Part shown: positions 10,907 through 21,197 of the stretch, piece by piece
Layout: each line of letters begins with the position of its first letter
How positions within the stretch are numbered: position 1 is the first letter of the stretch
Source: Thermodesulfobacteriota bacterium
GTDB taxonomy: Bacteria; Desulfobacterota; Desulfobacteria; Desulfobacterales; SURF-7
Assembly (NCBI GenBank): GCA_049320885.1
Contig: JBMORA010000022.1
Coordinates: forward strand, 73,403 to 137,402
DNA length: 64,000 nt
Direction of reading: 5' to 3'
Notes under the pieces: model-generated
The model's input: the letters and a program-made list of their open reading frames with translations, nothing else
Databases searched by the model: none
What the model was told of the DNA's origin: nothing
Position numbers and translations under genes: made by a program

Positions 10907-11771
10907 CAAGCGCATCCGGAAAAACAAATATAAGAAAAAACCGCTGAAGGAGCGCTTTTTCGTCAAGCTGCGCCTGGGGTTGCTGCTGCAATGCGGCGCG
11001 GGCCTTTTTTTCTTGACGGCGCTAAGCCTGATGCTGGTTTTTACCCATGATTTCTTGACCCAATGGGATTATCTCAACGCCAGGAATATCCATGTGGAGG
11101 GGCAGCGCAGGCTTTTCCGGGAAACCATACTTTCCCAGGCCCAGATCGGGCCTTCCGACAATATTCTTGCCATCAACCTGTCCATGGCGAGGGCGCGGCT
11201 TTTGTCCCATCCCTGGATAGCGGAGGCGGATATCCGCAGGGAATTTCCGGCAACGATCGTCATCCGGATATCGGAACACCGGCCCTTGGCCGTGATCGAC
11301 CTGGGCCGGGAACTCCTGATGGACGAGGAAGGAGAAATTTTTAAAGAAAAAACGGAAGACGACCCGGTGGACCTGCCGGTCGTCACCGGCCTTGATTACG
11401 CGGAACTCGACCCCGTGGGCAGGAGTAAAAGCAAAGGACTCAAGGCGGTTGTCGATATCCTGCGGGTGATCAAGACCCACTACAGGGGCATCGGCCGTTT
11501 TCCGGTGGACCATATCGGAATCGACCGGGATCTCGGTTTGACGCTTACGATGGAGGGACCTGTCAAAAGCGTTTTTATCGGCTACGAGGATTATGAAAGC
11601 AAGTACAGAAAGATACAGGAAGTGATCGATCTCATCAGAACAACGGAGCAATTTTCCGATATAGAGGCGATGGATATCAGTAATGTGAATCGAGTCGTCA
11701 TTCGGCCGTCGGTGATGTTGTCATCGTCCGGAAATGAAAAAGGAGGTTCACTGTGCAAGGACAAGACCTGA
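10896..11771 (+). CDS. ftsQ: Cell division protein FtsQ/DivIB
   Basis: Basic N-terminus, one TM segment, then a POTRA-like region (HPWIAEADIRREFPATIVIRISE). It lies between murB and ftsA, with GGAGG before the TTG start. Confidence 0.88.
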   Translation: MSGSKRIRKNKYKKKPLKERFFVKLRLGLLLQCGAGLFFLTALSLMLVFTHDFLTQWDYLNARNIHVEGQRRLFRETILSQAQIGPSDNILAINLSMARARLLSHPWIAEADIRREFPATIVIRISEHRPLAVIDLGRELLMDEEGEIFKEKTEDDPVDLPVVTGLDYAELDPVGRSKSKGLKAVVDILRVIKTHYRGIGRFPVDHIGIDRDLGLTLTMEGPVKSVFIGYEDYESKYRKIQEVIDLIRTTEQFSDIEAMDISNVNRVVIRPSVMLSSSGNEKGGSLCKDKT

Positions 11772-12976
11772 TTGTCGGCCTGGATATCGGTACCACCAAG
11801 ATTTGTACGGTCGTCGGTGAATTGTCCGGCGATAAAATCAATATTATCGGCATCGGCACGCATCCATCCATCGGGCTGCGCAAGGGAGTGGTGGTCAACA
11901 TCGAGGCCACCGTGGAATCCATCAAGAAGGCGGTGGAAGAAGCGGAACTCATGGCGGGCTGTGAAATCTCTTCGGTCTATGCCGGCATCGCCGGCGGTCA
12001 CATAACCGGATTCAACAGTCATGGAATTATCGCGGTGAAGGGTTCCGAAATCACCCAGAGCGATGTGGACCGGGTCATCGATGCCGCCCGGGCTGTGGCC
12101 ATACCCATGGACCGGGAGGTGATTCACGTACTCCCCCAGGAATTCATCGTGGATGACGAACCCGGAATCCAGAACCCGGTGGGGATGGCGGGAGTGCGCC
12201 TGGAAACCAAGATTCATATCGTAACCGGCGCCGTGGCGTCGGCCCATAATATCGTCAAGTGCGCCAACCGGGCCGGTCTGGATGTCTGCGACATCGTCCT
12301 GGAGTCTCTTGCTTCCGGCGAGGCGGTTCTGACGAGGGAGGAAAAGGAACTCGGCACGGCATTGATCGACCTGGGCGGCGGCACCACCGATTTGGCGATT
12401 TTTTGTAAAAACAACATCAAACACACCTTTGTGTTGGCCCTGGGAGGCAATAACCTGACCAATGACATTTCCGTGGGGCTTCGGGCGCCCATAGCGGAGG
12501 CGGAAAAATTAAAAAAGAAATATGGTTCCTGTGTGTCGGCCCATATCAGTCCCGATGACACCATCGAGGTCCCGGGAATGGGAGGCAGAAAAACAAGAAA
12601 CCTGCCGCGGCAGATATTGGGAGAAATTCTGGAACCGCGCATGGAAGAAATGTTTTCCCTGGTCAAGCGCGAGATCGACCGGGCCGGCATGGAAAACATG
12701 ATTACTTCCGGAGTGGTGATAACGGGAGGCACCGCCTTACTGGACGGGGTCACGGATGTGGCGGAGGCGGTTTTCAACCTGCCCACGAGGCTGGGCCGTC
12801 CGCAAGGCATCAGCGGTCTGGTGGATGTGGTCAACAACCCCATGTACGCCACCAGCGTGGGACTGGTGCTGTTCGGCGCCCGCAACCAGTCGGAGCGCAA
12901 GTTCCGCATCCGTGACGCCAATATTTTCAACCGGCTGATCAATCGCATGCGCAAATGGTTTCAGGAGATCATCTGA
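11753..12976 (+). CDS. ftsA: Cell division protein FtsA
   Basis: Motifs VGLDIGTTKI, IDLGGGTTD, ITGG and YATSVGL, plus a C-terminal amphipathic helix. Confidence 0.98.
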   Translation: MQGQDLIVGLDIGTTKICTVVGELSGDKINIIGIGTHPSIGLRKGVVVNIEATVESIKKAVEEAELMAGCEISSVYAGIAGGHITGFNSHGIIAVKGSEITQSDVDRVIDAARAVAIPMDREVIHVLPQEFIVDDEPGIQNPVGMAGVRLETKIHIVTGAVASAHNIVKCANRAGLDVCDIVLESLASGEAVLTREEKELGTALIDLGGGTTDLAIFCKNNIKHTFVLALGGNNLTNDISVGLRAPIAEAEKLKKKYGSCVSAHISPDDTIEVPGMGGRKTRNLPRQILGEILEPRMEEMFSLVKREIDRAGMENMITSGVVITGGTALLDGVTDVAEAVFNLPTRLGRPQGISGLVDVVNNPMYATSVGLVLFGARNQSERKFRIRDANIFNRLINRMRKWFQEII

Positions 12977-13119
12977 CACCCGTTCGGAGAGGGTTTGATT
13001 GTTGCAACAACGCTTGAAAGAGAGCTTTCCCGCCGCGGCCATCGGGGATCCCGGCAGCAAGGAGCACCAGGCCGGCGGCAAAACGACTTACCAAATCAAT
13101 CATCAGGGAGGTGGGGAAA

Positions 13120-14304
13120 ATGAGTTTTGTCTACATCGACAATGAGAGAACGGCAAGAATCAAGGTCATTGGAATCGGCGGCGCCGGCGGCAACGCCATC
13201 AACAACATGGTCATCGCGAACCTGAAGGGCGTGGAATTCATTGCCGCCAATACGGACGCCCAGGCCCTGGATATTTCAACGGCGCCCACCCGGATCCAGA
13301 TCGGGGAGAGATTGACCTCGGGACTCGGGGCCGGCGCCAATCCAGCCGTGGGGCGCGATGCGGCGCATGAGTCGGCTGATACCATCCGCAAAGCCCTGGA
13401 AGGCGCTCATATGGTGTTTCTAACCGCCGGGTTCGGCGGCGGAACCGGGACGGGCGCTACTCCTGTTATCGCTGAAATCTGCAAAGAAATAGGGGCGTTG
13501 ACTGTCGCCGTGGTGTCGAAGCCGTTTTCCTTCGAAGGAAAGAAGCGGGCCAAACAGGCGGAAGACGGCATCAACATGCTCAAGGATGTGGCCGATACGG
13601 TCATCACCATTCCCAACGACCGGTTGCGGGGAATCGCCCCCAAAAACGCCAAGATGGTGGAGATGTTCAAAAAGGCGGATGAAATCCTGCATCATTCCGT
13701 GAAGGGCATCACCGATCTCATCATGGTGCCCGGACTGGTCAATCTGGATTTTGCCGATGTGCGGACCACCATGTCCAAGGCCGGCATGGCGCTGATGGGA
13801 ATCGGCATCGCCTCGGGTGAGAATCGCGCCACGGAAGCCGCCGAGAGAGCCATCAGCCATCCGCTGCTGGAAGACATTTCCATTGCCGGTGCCAAGGGCG
13901 TCCTGATGAATATCACCTGTACCAGCGATATGACGCTGGATGAAATGACCGAGGCCTCGGACCGGATTTACAAGGAAGTGGGCGATGAGGCGGAAATCAT
14001 TTGGGGGCAGGCCATCGACGAGACCCTCGGGGATGAAATGCGGGTCACGGTCATCGCAACGGGCATCGAATGCGCCCGTAAAAAGCATCAAACCCCGGCG
14101 GAAACCGTTGTCCCGAGGGGGCGGGTGCGGGATATCACCATGGAAGACCTGCAAAATGCGGTGGGATATGAGGAACCGACCTTTATCCGCCACAAAAGGG
14201 CGGTGGGGGATTCCAGCGGCGCTTCCTATCGTGGTTATAAGGGCATAGTATTGGATAGCGATGATTTGGATGTGCCGACTTTCCTGCGGCGCAAGGCGGA
14301 TTAG
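13120..14304 (+). CDS. ftsZ: Cell division GTPase FtsZ
   Basis: Motifs GIGGAGGNA, GGGTGTG and NLDFAD, C-terminal LDVPTFLR peptide; GGAGG RBS precedes ATG 13120. Confidence 0.99.
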   Translation: MSFVYIDNERTARIKVIGIGGAGGNAINNMVIANLKGVEFIAANTDAQALDISTAPTRIQIGERLTSGLGAGANPAVGRDAAHESADTIRKALEGAHMVFLTAGFGGGTGTGATPVIAEICKEIGALTVAVVSKPFSFEGKKRAKQAEDGINMLKDVADTVITIPNDRLRGIAPKNAKMVEMFKKADEILHHSVKGITDLIMVPGLVNLDFADVRTTMSKAGMALMGIGIASGENRATEAAERAISHPLLEDISIAGAKGVLMNITCTSDMTLDEMTEASDRIYKEVGDEAEIIWGQAIDETLGDEMRVTVIATGIECARKKHQTPAETVVPRGRVRDITMEDLQNAVGYEEPTFIRHKRAVGDSSGASYRGYKGIVLDSDDLDVPTFLRRKAD

Positions 14305-14310
14305 ACAACC

Positions 14311-14345
14311 ATTTGAGATTTCAGATTTGAGATTTCAGGTTTGAA
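14311..14345. repeat. Heptamer tandem repeat (ATTTSAG)x4-5 between ftsZ and the radical SAM gene
   Basis: ATTTGAG ATTTCAG ATTTGAG ATTTCAG GTTTGAA. Confidence 0.85.
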
Positions 14346-14356
14346 GTCATTCGATT

Positions 14357-16111
14357 ATGGCGCGGATGCAACACAGACACACGGTTGCCGACGTGGCATC
14401 ACGGGAGAAAGGCGTTGTTCGCAAACGCTGGAAAGGGCGTATGCGGATCGCCCTGGTGTACCCGAACTCCTATGATGTCGGCATGTCGAACCTCGGTTTT
14501 CAGGCCGTATACCGCATGCTGAATCAGCGGGACGATGTGGTCTGCGAGCGGGCGTTTGCGCCGGACAGAGCCAAACCGAACGATGGTATTCCTCGAACGA
14601 TCGAATCCGGTAGAGCGGTTGCTGAATTTGATATTATCGCCTTCTCGATCTCATTTGAAGCGGACTACCTCAAGCTCCTTGCCATCGTTCACCAAGCAGG
14701 TCTCCCCCTGCGATCTGCTGCGCGAGGTGATCCCCACCCCCTCGTGATCGCAGGGGGAGTCGCCTGTTTTTTAAATCCGGAACCGGTGGCTCCGTTTATC
14801 GACTGCTTTTTTATCGGGGAAGCGGAATCACTGCTTCCCCGTTTTTTTCAATTCCATGATCCCGGCCTGGAGCGGCGGCAACTTCTGAAACGGCTTGCAC
14901 AAAACGTTCCCGGTCTGTATGTGCCTGCTTTCTACACGCCTCGATACCATGAAAACGGACTGCTGCAGGCCTTTGATCCCGATCCGGGGGTTCCGCCGAC
15001 AATTCAACGGGGGTTCCAGGCCGATCTGGATCGTTGCCCGGTCTGCAGCGCCATCCTGACGCCGCATACGTCTTTCGGTGACACCTACCTGATCGAAGTC
15101 AGCCGGGGATGCACCCATGGCTGCCGTTTCTGCAGCGCCGGATTCCTGTACCGCCCGCCCCGGTTCCGATCGGTGGAACAGTTGGAGAACAATATCGCGG
15201 CAGGAAGCGGCCTGGCGGGGAAAATCGGCCTGGTGGGAGCCGCGGTTTCCGATCATCCCGGGCTCGAGCGCCTGTGCCGCTTTGCGCTGGAGCGGGACCT
15301 TTCGATTTCGTTCAGTTCACTCCGGGCCGATGCTTTGACGCCCTCGCTTGCCGAGGTGCTCCGGAGGAGCCATGTCAAGACCGCCACCATCGCTCCGGAC
15401 GCCGGTTCGGAGCGGATGCGCCGCGTCATCAACAAGGGCATCAGCGAAAAGCAGATCCTGGAAGCCGTCCGGTTGCTGGTTTCCGGAGGGATCCCCAACG
15501 TGAAGCTTTATTTCATGATCGGGCTGCCATTTGAAACCGAAGCGGATATCGAGGCGATTGTGGCGCTGTGCCGAAACGTCAAGGACCGATTTCTGGAGGC
15601 CAGCCGCCGGATGGGGCGGATCGGCGGCATCACCGTGGCCATCAACCCCTTCGTTCCCAAACCCTTTACACCCTTCCAATGGGCGGCCATGGACGATCCG
15701 AAGTCTCTGCGGATGAAAAGCGAGGCGATCCGGAAGGGCCTTGCCAAGATAGACAACCTGACGGTGCAGCTGGAATCCGTCCGCCAGGCCTACACCCAGG
15801 CCTTGTTCGCCCGGGGAGACCGCCGCCTGGCCGATCTGCTGGAGCGGGCCGTGACAACCGGCGGCAACTGGACCAGCATCCTGAAATCCTGGACCATGGA
15901 GCCTGATTTTTACGTGCTGCGCGAACGCGCGCTGGACGAACTGCTTCCCTGGGATTTCATCGATCACGGTATTCGGAAATCCTTTCTCTGGAAAGAATTC
16001 CGATGGGCTGCGGACGGCAAAACCTCTGCACCCTGTCCGGTTTCCAATTGCACCCGCTGCGGCGTCTGCGGGCAAGCGGCGTGTCCGGATCGATCCGGGG
16101 AAAAACCGTGA
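14357..16111 (+). CDS. Radical SAM protein (B12-binding-like N-terminus, TIGR03960-like)
   Basis: YPNSYDVGMSNLG, CxxxCxxC (CTHGCRFC), KLYFMIGLP, FVPKPFTPFQW, and a C-terminal Cys cluster (CPVSNCTRCGVC). Confidence 0.85.
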   Translation: MARMQHRHTVADVASREKGVVRKRWKGRMRIALVYPNSYDVGMSNLGFQAVYRMLNQRDDVVCERAFAPDRAKPNDGIPRTIESGRAVAEFDIIAFSISFEADYLKLLAIVHQAGLPLRSAARGDPHPLVIAGGVACFLNPEPVAPFIDCFFIGEAESLLPRFFQFHDPGLERRQLLKRLAQNVPGLYVPAFYTPRYHENGLLQAFDPDPGVPPTIQRGFQADLDRCPVCSAILTPHTSFGDTYLIEVSRGCTHGCRFCSAGFLYRPPRFRSVEQLENNIAAGSGLAGKIGLVGAAVSDHPGLERLCRFALERDLSISFSSLRADALTPSLAEVLRRSHVKTATIAPDAGSERMRRVINKGISEKQILEAVRLLVSGGIPNVKLYFMIGLPFETEADIEAIVALCRNVKDRFLEASRRMGRIGGITVAINPFVPKPFTPFQWAAMDDPKSLRMKSEAIRKGLAKIDNLTVQLESVRQAYTQALFARGDRRLADLLERAVTTGGNWTSILKSWTMEPDFYVLRERALDELLPWDFIDHGIRKSFLWKEFRWAADGKTSAPCPVSNCTRCGVCGQAACPDRSGEKP

Positions 16112-16118
16112 TGCGGCG

Positions 16119-17414
16119 CTACAGCCTGACCTTGATGGAATTGGCGTGGGCGCCCAGGCCTTCCACCCCTGCCAGGAGGATGATATCCCCGGCTTCCCTG
16201 CGGAAAGCCTCGGCTGAATAATGGATCAGGCTGGTCCGCTTGATGAAATGATCCACGGAAAGGGCCGAGGCGAATCGGGCCGTACCGGCGGTGGGCAGAA
16301 CGTGATTGGGGCCGGCGATGTAGTCGCCCACCGGTTCCGGCGTATGGTGTCCCATGAAAACGGCGCCGGCGTTGCGGATTTGTCCCACGACCTCGAAGGG
16401 ATGTTCCATGAGCAGTTCCAGATGTTCGGGAGCCGCCTGATTGGCCAGCTCGATGGCCGTGGCGAGATTCGGCACCAGAAAAATTCCGCCGTAGCGCGAC
16501 AGGGATTTTGACGCAATCTCTTTCCGTTCCAGGTTGTTCAACTGTCTGGATACGGCTGGAAGCGTGTTGTGGGCGATGGTTTCGGAATCCGTCAACAGGA
16601 TGGCCGAGGCCAGCGGATCATGTTCCGCTTGGGACAACAGATCGGCGGCGATGAATTCGGGGTCGGCGGTGTGATCGGCGATGATCAGGATTTCGCTGGG
16701 CCCGGCGATCATATCGATGCCTACCGTTCCGGCCACCAATTTTTTGGCCAGGGTTACATAGATATTACCGGGACCGACGATGACATCCACTTTGCGGACC
16801 GTCTCGGTGCCGTATGCCAGGGCCGCGATGGCCCAGGCGCTGCCGGCTTTGTATACCGTTTCGATGCCGACTTCGCAGGCCGCCACCAGCAGATGCGGGG
16901 AGATCTCGCCGGTCGCGGTGGGCGGGGTGGCCATGGCCATATGACGGACACCGGCGATTTTGGCCGGGATGCCGCCCATCAATACGGAAGACACCAACGG
17001 GGTCTTGCCGCCCCGGGCTCCGGGGACATAGACTGCCGCAGCATCCACCGGATTCACCATCTGACCCAGAAACACCCCGGGGCGGTCGGTCAGAAAACGG
17101 GAATAGCAGCGCTGCTGCCGGTGGAAAGCCTCGATCTGGTCCACGGCCCGGTTCAGTGCCTTCCTGAATGCCTTGTCGACTTTCTTGACGGCGGTTTTCA
17201 TCTCCGCTTCGCTCACTTTCAGATCGTCCATGGTGAGGCCGGGGGCGTCGAAACGGTTGGTATATCGAAGGAGCGCGGCGTCGCCGTTTTTTTTCACATC
17301 GGCAAGAATTCGCGCCACCGCCTGCATGTCTTTTTTGCGAAAGGCGATGTCCCTTCCGGCAACGGCGGCGATGCGTTTCTCGGCCTCCCGGGAAGGGTAT
17401 CGATAGATTTTCAT
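16119..17414 (-). CDS. hisD: Histidinol dehydrogenase
   Basis: Motifs VGPGNIYV, DMIAGPSE, SQAEHD, APEHLEL and GDYIAGPNHVLPT. ATG 17414 follows GGAGAG (alternative start 17429). Confidence 0.96.
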   Translation of the reverse strand: MKIYRYPSREAEKRIAAVAGRDIAFRKKDMQAVARILADVKKNGDAALLRYTNRFDAPGLTMDDLKVSEAEMKTAVKKVDKAFRKALNRAVDQIEAFHRQQRCYSRFLTDRPGVFLGQMVNPVDAAAVYVPGARGGKTPLVSSVLMGGIPAKIAGVRHMAMATPPTATGEISPHLLVAACEVGIETVYKAGSAWAIAALAYGTETVRKVDVIVGPGNIYVTLAKKLVAGTVGIDMIAGPSEILIIADHTADPEFIAADLLSQAEHDPLASAILLTDSETIAHNTLPAVSRQLNNLERKEIASKSLSRYGGIFLVPNLATAIELANQAAPEHLELLMEHPFEVVGQIRNAGAVFMGHHTPEPVGDYIAGPNHVLPTAGTARFASALSVDHFIKRTSLIHYSAEAFRREAGDIILLAGVEGLGAHANSIKVRL

Positions 17415-17698
17415 GGGGTGTCTCTCCATATTTGTCGACGAATGACCAGGTCATGCAGGCAGGATGCCGGCGTCTCGCCGGTTCCGGCCCCACGTTCCAC
17501 GGCGGCGGCATCCGAACATGCAGCCGTTACTGCTTGTATGTCAGCCCTGATGGTTTTGTCAATACGCGGCGAATGGGAGATCAACCGCATTCGCGCAAAA
17601 TTGCGGTTGACTTTGGTCGATTGTTCTGTATTGATATCCGATTCTGGAGAATAGTCGGTTGTTGGTGGAATGACATATAGAAAAATGGAGGGAACCAA

Positions 17699-18790
17699 AT
17701 GAAATACGACAGAATTCACAATTTTAACGCCGGTCCGGCGGCGCTGCCGCTACCCGTACTCGAAGAGATTCAAGCCTCGTTCCTCAATTTCAAGGGGAGC
17801 GGCATGTCCATCACCGAGGTCAGCCATCGTTCCAAATGGTTCGATGATGTCATCAACGATGCGACGGCGCGCACCAGGCGGTTGCTCCACATCGGCGACG
17901 AATTCCAGGTGCTGTTTCTCCAGGGCGGCGCGAGCCTCCAGTTTGCCATGGTTCCCATGAATCTTCTGACCCAGGGGGGGCAATCGGCCGACTATGTCAA
18001 TACCGGCACCTGGTCCACCAAGGCGATCCAGGAGGCCAAAATCGTCGGGAAAAGCATTCAGGTGGTGGCGAGCTCCGAGGACCGCAATTTTTCCTATATC
18101 CCCAAGAACATCGCTTTCCATGCCGACGCGGTGTATGCCCATATCACCTCCAACAACACCATCAAGGGCACCCAGTGGGCAAGGTTCCCGGATACGGGCA
18201 AGGTTCCGCTGGTGGCCGACATGTCCTCGGATTTCATGAGCCGGCCCATCGACATGAAGAAATTCGGCCTGATTTATGCCGGGGCCCAGAAGAATATCGG
18301 ACCCGCCGGGGTGTGCATGGTGATCATCCGCAACGATCTGCTCCAGCTTTCGCCCAAGGAGTTGCCCACCATGCTCCGGTATACGATCCATGCGGACAAG
18401 AATTCCATGTACAATACGCCGCCTTGTTTTGCCGTCTACACGATCCAGCTGGTGATGAAATGGCTGGAGGAGACCGTGGGCGGCCTGGACAAGATGGCCG
18501 AACTCAACCGCAAAAAGGGCGACCTCCTGTACGGTTGCATCGATGGAAACGATTTCTACAAGGGTACGGCCGATCCGGACAGCCGATCCCTCATGAATGT
18601 GACCTTCCGTCTGCCCAGCGAGGACCTGGAGAAAAAATTCGTGGCCGAAGCCGGAGCCGCCGGTCTCGGGGGATTGAAAGGCCATCGTTCCGTTGGCGGC
18701 TGCCGCGCGTCCATATACAACGCCACGGGCATCGAGGCGGTGGCGGCGCTGGTGGATTTCATGAAACAGTTCGCCGCCAAAAACGGCTGA
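17699..18790 (+). CDS. serC: Phosphoserine aminotransferase
   Basis: Motifs NFNAGPAALP, SHRS, DMSS, AGAQKN (PLP lysine), NTPP and GHRSVGGCRASIYNA. Confidence 0.98.
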   Translation: MKYDRIHNFNAGPAALPLPVLEEIQASFLNFKGSGMSITEVSHRSKWFDDVINDATARTRRLLHIGDEFQVLFLQGGASLQFAMVPMNLLTQGGQSADYVNTGTWSTKAIQEAKIVGKSIQVVASSEDRNFSYIPKNIAFHADAVYAHITSNNTIKGTQWARFPDTGKVPLVADMSSDFMSRPIDMKKFGLIYAGAQKNIGPAGVCMVIIRNDLLQLSPKELPTMLRYTIHADKNSMYNTPPCFAVYTIQLVMKWLEETVGGLDKMAELNRKKGDLLYGCIDGNDFYKGTADPDSRSLMNVTFRLPSEDLEKKFVAEAGAAGLGGLKGHRSVGGCRASIYNATGIEAVAALVDFMKQFAAKNG

Positions 18791-18819
18791 TCCGCCACCG
18801 GCCAGTCCATGCGCTGGTG

Positions 18820-18850
18820 AAAAGGCCGCCCGGAAAGGCGGCCTTTTTTT
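18820..18850 (+). terminator. Rho-independent terminator after serC
   Basis: AAAAGGCCGCC-CGGAAA-GGCGGCCTTTT with a T7 tract. Confidence 0.9.
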
Positions 18851-18863
18851 ATCGATCACCGGC

Positions 18864-18893
18864 AAGGCTCAATAAGGCTCAATAAGGATCAAT
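18864..18893. repeat. Three 10-bp direct repeats upstream of the lipoprotein gene
   Basis: AAGGCTCAAT AAGGCTCAAT AAGGATCAAT. Confidence 0.85.
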
Positions 18894-18913
18894 GGGGTGG
18901 GGGAAGGAGGGGC

Positions 18914-20029
18914 ATGGTGAATCTGAAACCAATCATACCGGCATGCATCGCCTTGTTGATCGGCTGTTCGCAACCAGGTCAAGACCATCGTTCCTGGACG
19001 GCTTTCTGGAATGAGGATGCGACCCGGATGGGCTTCAGGGACCCAGACGGTTCCACACGAATCGAACCCAGATATTCGGGTTTCACCACGGCCAGAAAAT
19101 TCGACGACATCGTGGCGGTCATGGAAGACCACGGGGATCGTCAGGAGGCCTACTACCTGACCAAATCCGGCGACATCATCGGCCGGGACACCATCTATTT
19201 TGTGGATAACGGTCCGGATTGCGAAAGCGAAGGGTTTATCCGGTTCCGGGACCGGCGCACGGGGCTTGCCGGACTCTATGACGGCGCCGGCGGGATCGCC
19301 GTGCCGGCAGAATACAACGATATCACCAACGTCAGAAACGGAATGGCGGCGGCGCTGAAAGGCGCCCGGAAAAAGGCGCCGGGCGCCGGCCGGGAGGACG
19401 AATGCGGGCATGTCATCTGGGAGGGCGGCAGGGAATACCTGATCGATACGCGGAATCGGGTGCTCGTCGACGGCTTCCCGTATGATCCGGGCCTGAATTT
19501 TTATTCCCTGACCATCCGGAAGGAGCCGGCTCCGGAAAAGGACCGGCGGAGTTTTCGCGGGGTTGATGGCAACTACTATTCGTTCGTTGACTACAAAAAG
19601 GAATTCCAGGCCTGGCTGACGGCTGTCATGGGCGGTTCTTTTTCCAGGGAAACGCTCATGGAAAATTCCTGCAGGGACATTTATTTCTGGAAAGAGCCGG
19701 ACGGTTGGGCAGCGGAATCAAGCAGGTCTTTCATCGATCTGAATTTTGAACTGATCCGAAGCAGACTGAGTGAATGGAACAAAGAAAACGCCGGCCATTT
19801 CATCGCCATGGAGGGTCTGAACCCTTTCATTTTCAAAAGCGCCGAGTTCGATCCGTACTACAACAATTGCGGCGAGCCGAAAGACTGGCAATACCCGGTC
19901 ATGAGTCTCGTCATCCAACACCAAACCGGCGGGGATTCGGCCCAGGATCAATTCGATTTTCTGCGGACGGAGAATGGCTATAAACTGATCAGCGTCGCTG
20001 TCAGGAATGTCACGCCGATCCCGCAGTGA
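18914..20029 (+). CDS. Putative lipoprotein with WG-repeat-like units
   Basis: Signal peptide with lipobox LLIGC; repeats MGFRDPDGSTRIEPRY and AGLYDGAGGIAVPAEYNDI; GGAGG RBS. Confidence 0.7.
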   Translation: MVNLKPIIPACIALLIGCSQPGQDHRSWTAFWNEDATRMGFRDPDGSTRIEPRYSGFTTARKFDDIVAVMEDHGDRQEAYYLTKSGDIIGRDTIYFVDNGPDCESEGFIRFRDRRTGLAGLYDGAGGIAVPAEYNDITNVRNGMAAALKGARKKAPGAGREDECGHVIWEGGREYLIDTRNRVLVDGFPYDPGLNFYSLTIRKEPAPEKDRRSFRGVDGNYYSFVDYKKEFQAWLTAVMGGSFSRETLMENSCRDIYFWKEPDGWAAESSRSFIDLNFELIRSRLSEWNKENAGHFIAMEGLNPFIFKSAEFDPYYNNCGEPKDWQYPVMSLVIQHQTGGDSAQDQFDFLRTENGYKLISVAVRNVTPIPQ

Positions 20030-20078
20030 ACCCGCCGGCTTGCCTTTTGCCGAACCAATGACAAGTGGACGATCGCTT

Positions 20079-21050
20079 TCAGCTTTCTTTTTCCGAGAGT
20101 CTTTCCAGCGCCAGGACAATGATGAAGCCGATCACGGCGAGTCCCACGGCGAGGTAGAATTCCCCGTTCAGCTCTCCCGGAAGGACGTTCCGGGTCACCA
20201 GAACATGCTCCTTGCCCCGGATGATGACGCTTTGAACGGTTTCTTTCCACGGCCAGATTTTTTGCATGGAACCGGTCATCAGTCCGGTAAGGAAAGCCAG
20301 GGTTACCTTGTAATGGTTGTCCAGGAAGTAGTTGAGAACCCTTGAAAAACCGAGCAGCCCGATTCCGCAGCCCGTGCAAAAGACGATGATGATCAGGAAA
20401 TTGTTCAGGAGAAACGGGTTTTTCAGGGCGCCGGTGATGAATTCGTATTTGCCCAGGATCAGCAGGATGAAGGCGCCGCTGATTCCGGGGAGAATCATGG
20501 CGCAGATGGCGATCATGCCGGAAAGGAAAATGAACCAGAATGCTTCCGGCGTGGATACCGGTATCATGCTGACGATGAAATAGGCGGCTATGGTTCCGGA
20601 CAGGAAACAGAAGGCGGAGCCGATGTCCCAGCCGTTCACTTTTTTCCCCACCACCAGGATGGAGGCGGCAATCAGGCCGAAGAACAGGCTCCAGGTGGGC
20701 ACCGGATGGTGGTTCAACAGATGGTTCATGAGTCGGGCAAGGCTGATAATGGCAAGGCTGATGCCGGTCAACAGCGAGACCAGAAAGCGGATATGGATTT
20801 CGGCAAGGGCGCCTTTAATATCCAATTTCATTAGTTTATTCAACATGCCCAGTCCGAAGGATTGAATGGCCTTCAGGAGCTGGCTGTAAATTCCGGTGAT
20901 CAGTGCAATGGTCCCGCCGGAGACACCGGGGATGATGTCCGCCGTGCCCATGCACAATCCCTTGAAGGCTATAAGAAACGCTTCTTTCACAGTGGATGGA
21001 CCGGGACTGGCTTCAAAGGCCTGTTTCCAGGTGATGGCTGATGGCTTCAT
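20079..21050 (-). CDS. DUF368 membrane protein (putative undecaprenyl-phosphate recycling translocase family)
   Basis: Duplicated motifs MGTADIIPGVSGGT and AMILPGISGAFILL; multi-TM. Confidence 0.88.
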   Translation of the reverse strand: MKPSAITWKQAFEASPGPSTVKEAFLIAFKGLCMGTADIIPGVSGGTIALITGIYSQLLKAIQSFGLGMLNKLMKLDIKGALAEIHIRFLVSLLTGISLAIISLARLMNHLLNHHPVPTWSLFFGLIAASILVVGKKVNGWDIGSAFCFLSGTIAAYFIVSMIPVSTPEAFWFIFLSGMIAICAMILPGISGAFILLILGKYEFITGALKNPFLLNNFLIIIVFCTGCGIGLLGFSRVLNYFLDNHYKVTLAFLTGLMTGSMQKIWPWKETVQSVIIRGKEHVLVTRNVLPGELNGEFYLAVGLAVIGFIIVLALERLSEKES

Positions 21051-21197
21051 TCGTATCCTTTTCTTTGGTTCTGTCGATCCGGACGCCCCTGAATTTCCGC
21101 GCACTTTTTCATAAACCACTTTGGGTGCGCCTGCAAGGTGAATCAAGACTCGCTGAGAAGCCCGGCAGTCCCGGCAATTCGGTATCCGTATGTCTGT

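Noticed and set aside
17455..17515. REP-like or leader hairpin between hisD and serC (GGATGCCG...CGGCATCC)
   Set aside because: Single imperfect copy in GC-rich DNA with no His-rich leader peptide; not distinguishable from chance.
7335..18893. Short tandem repeats (7335, 14311, 18864) as CRISPR arrays
   Set aside because: Units are 7-15 bp with no spacers, and no cas genes are present.
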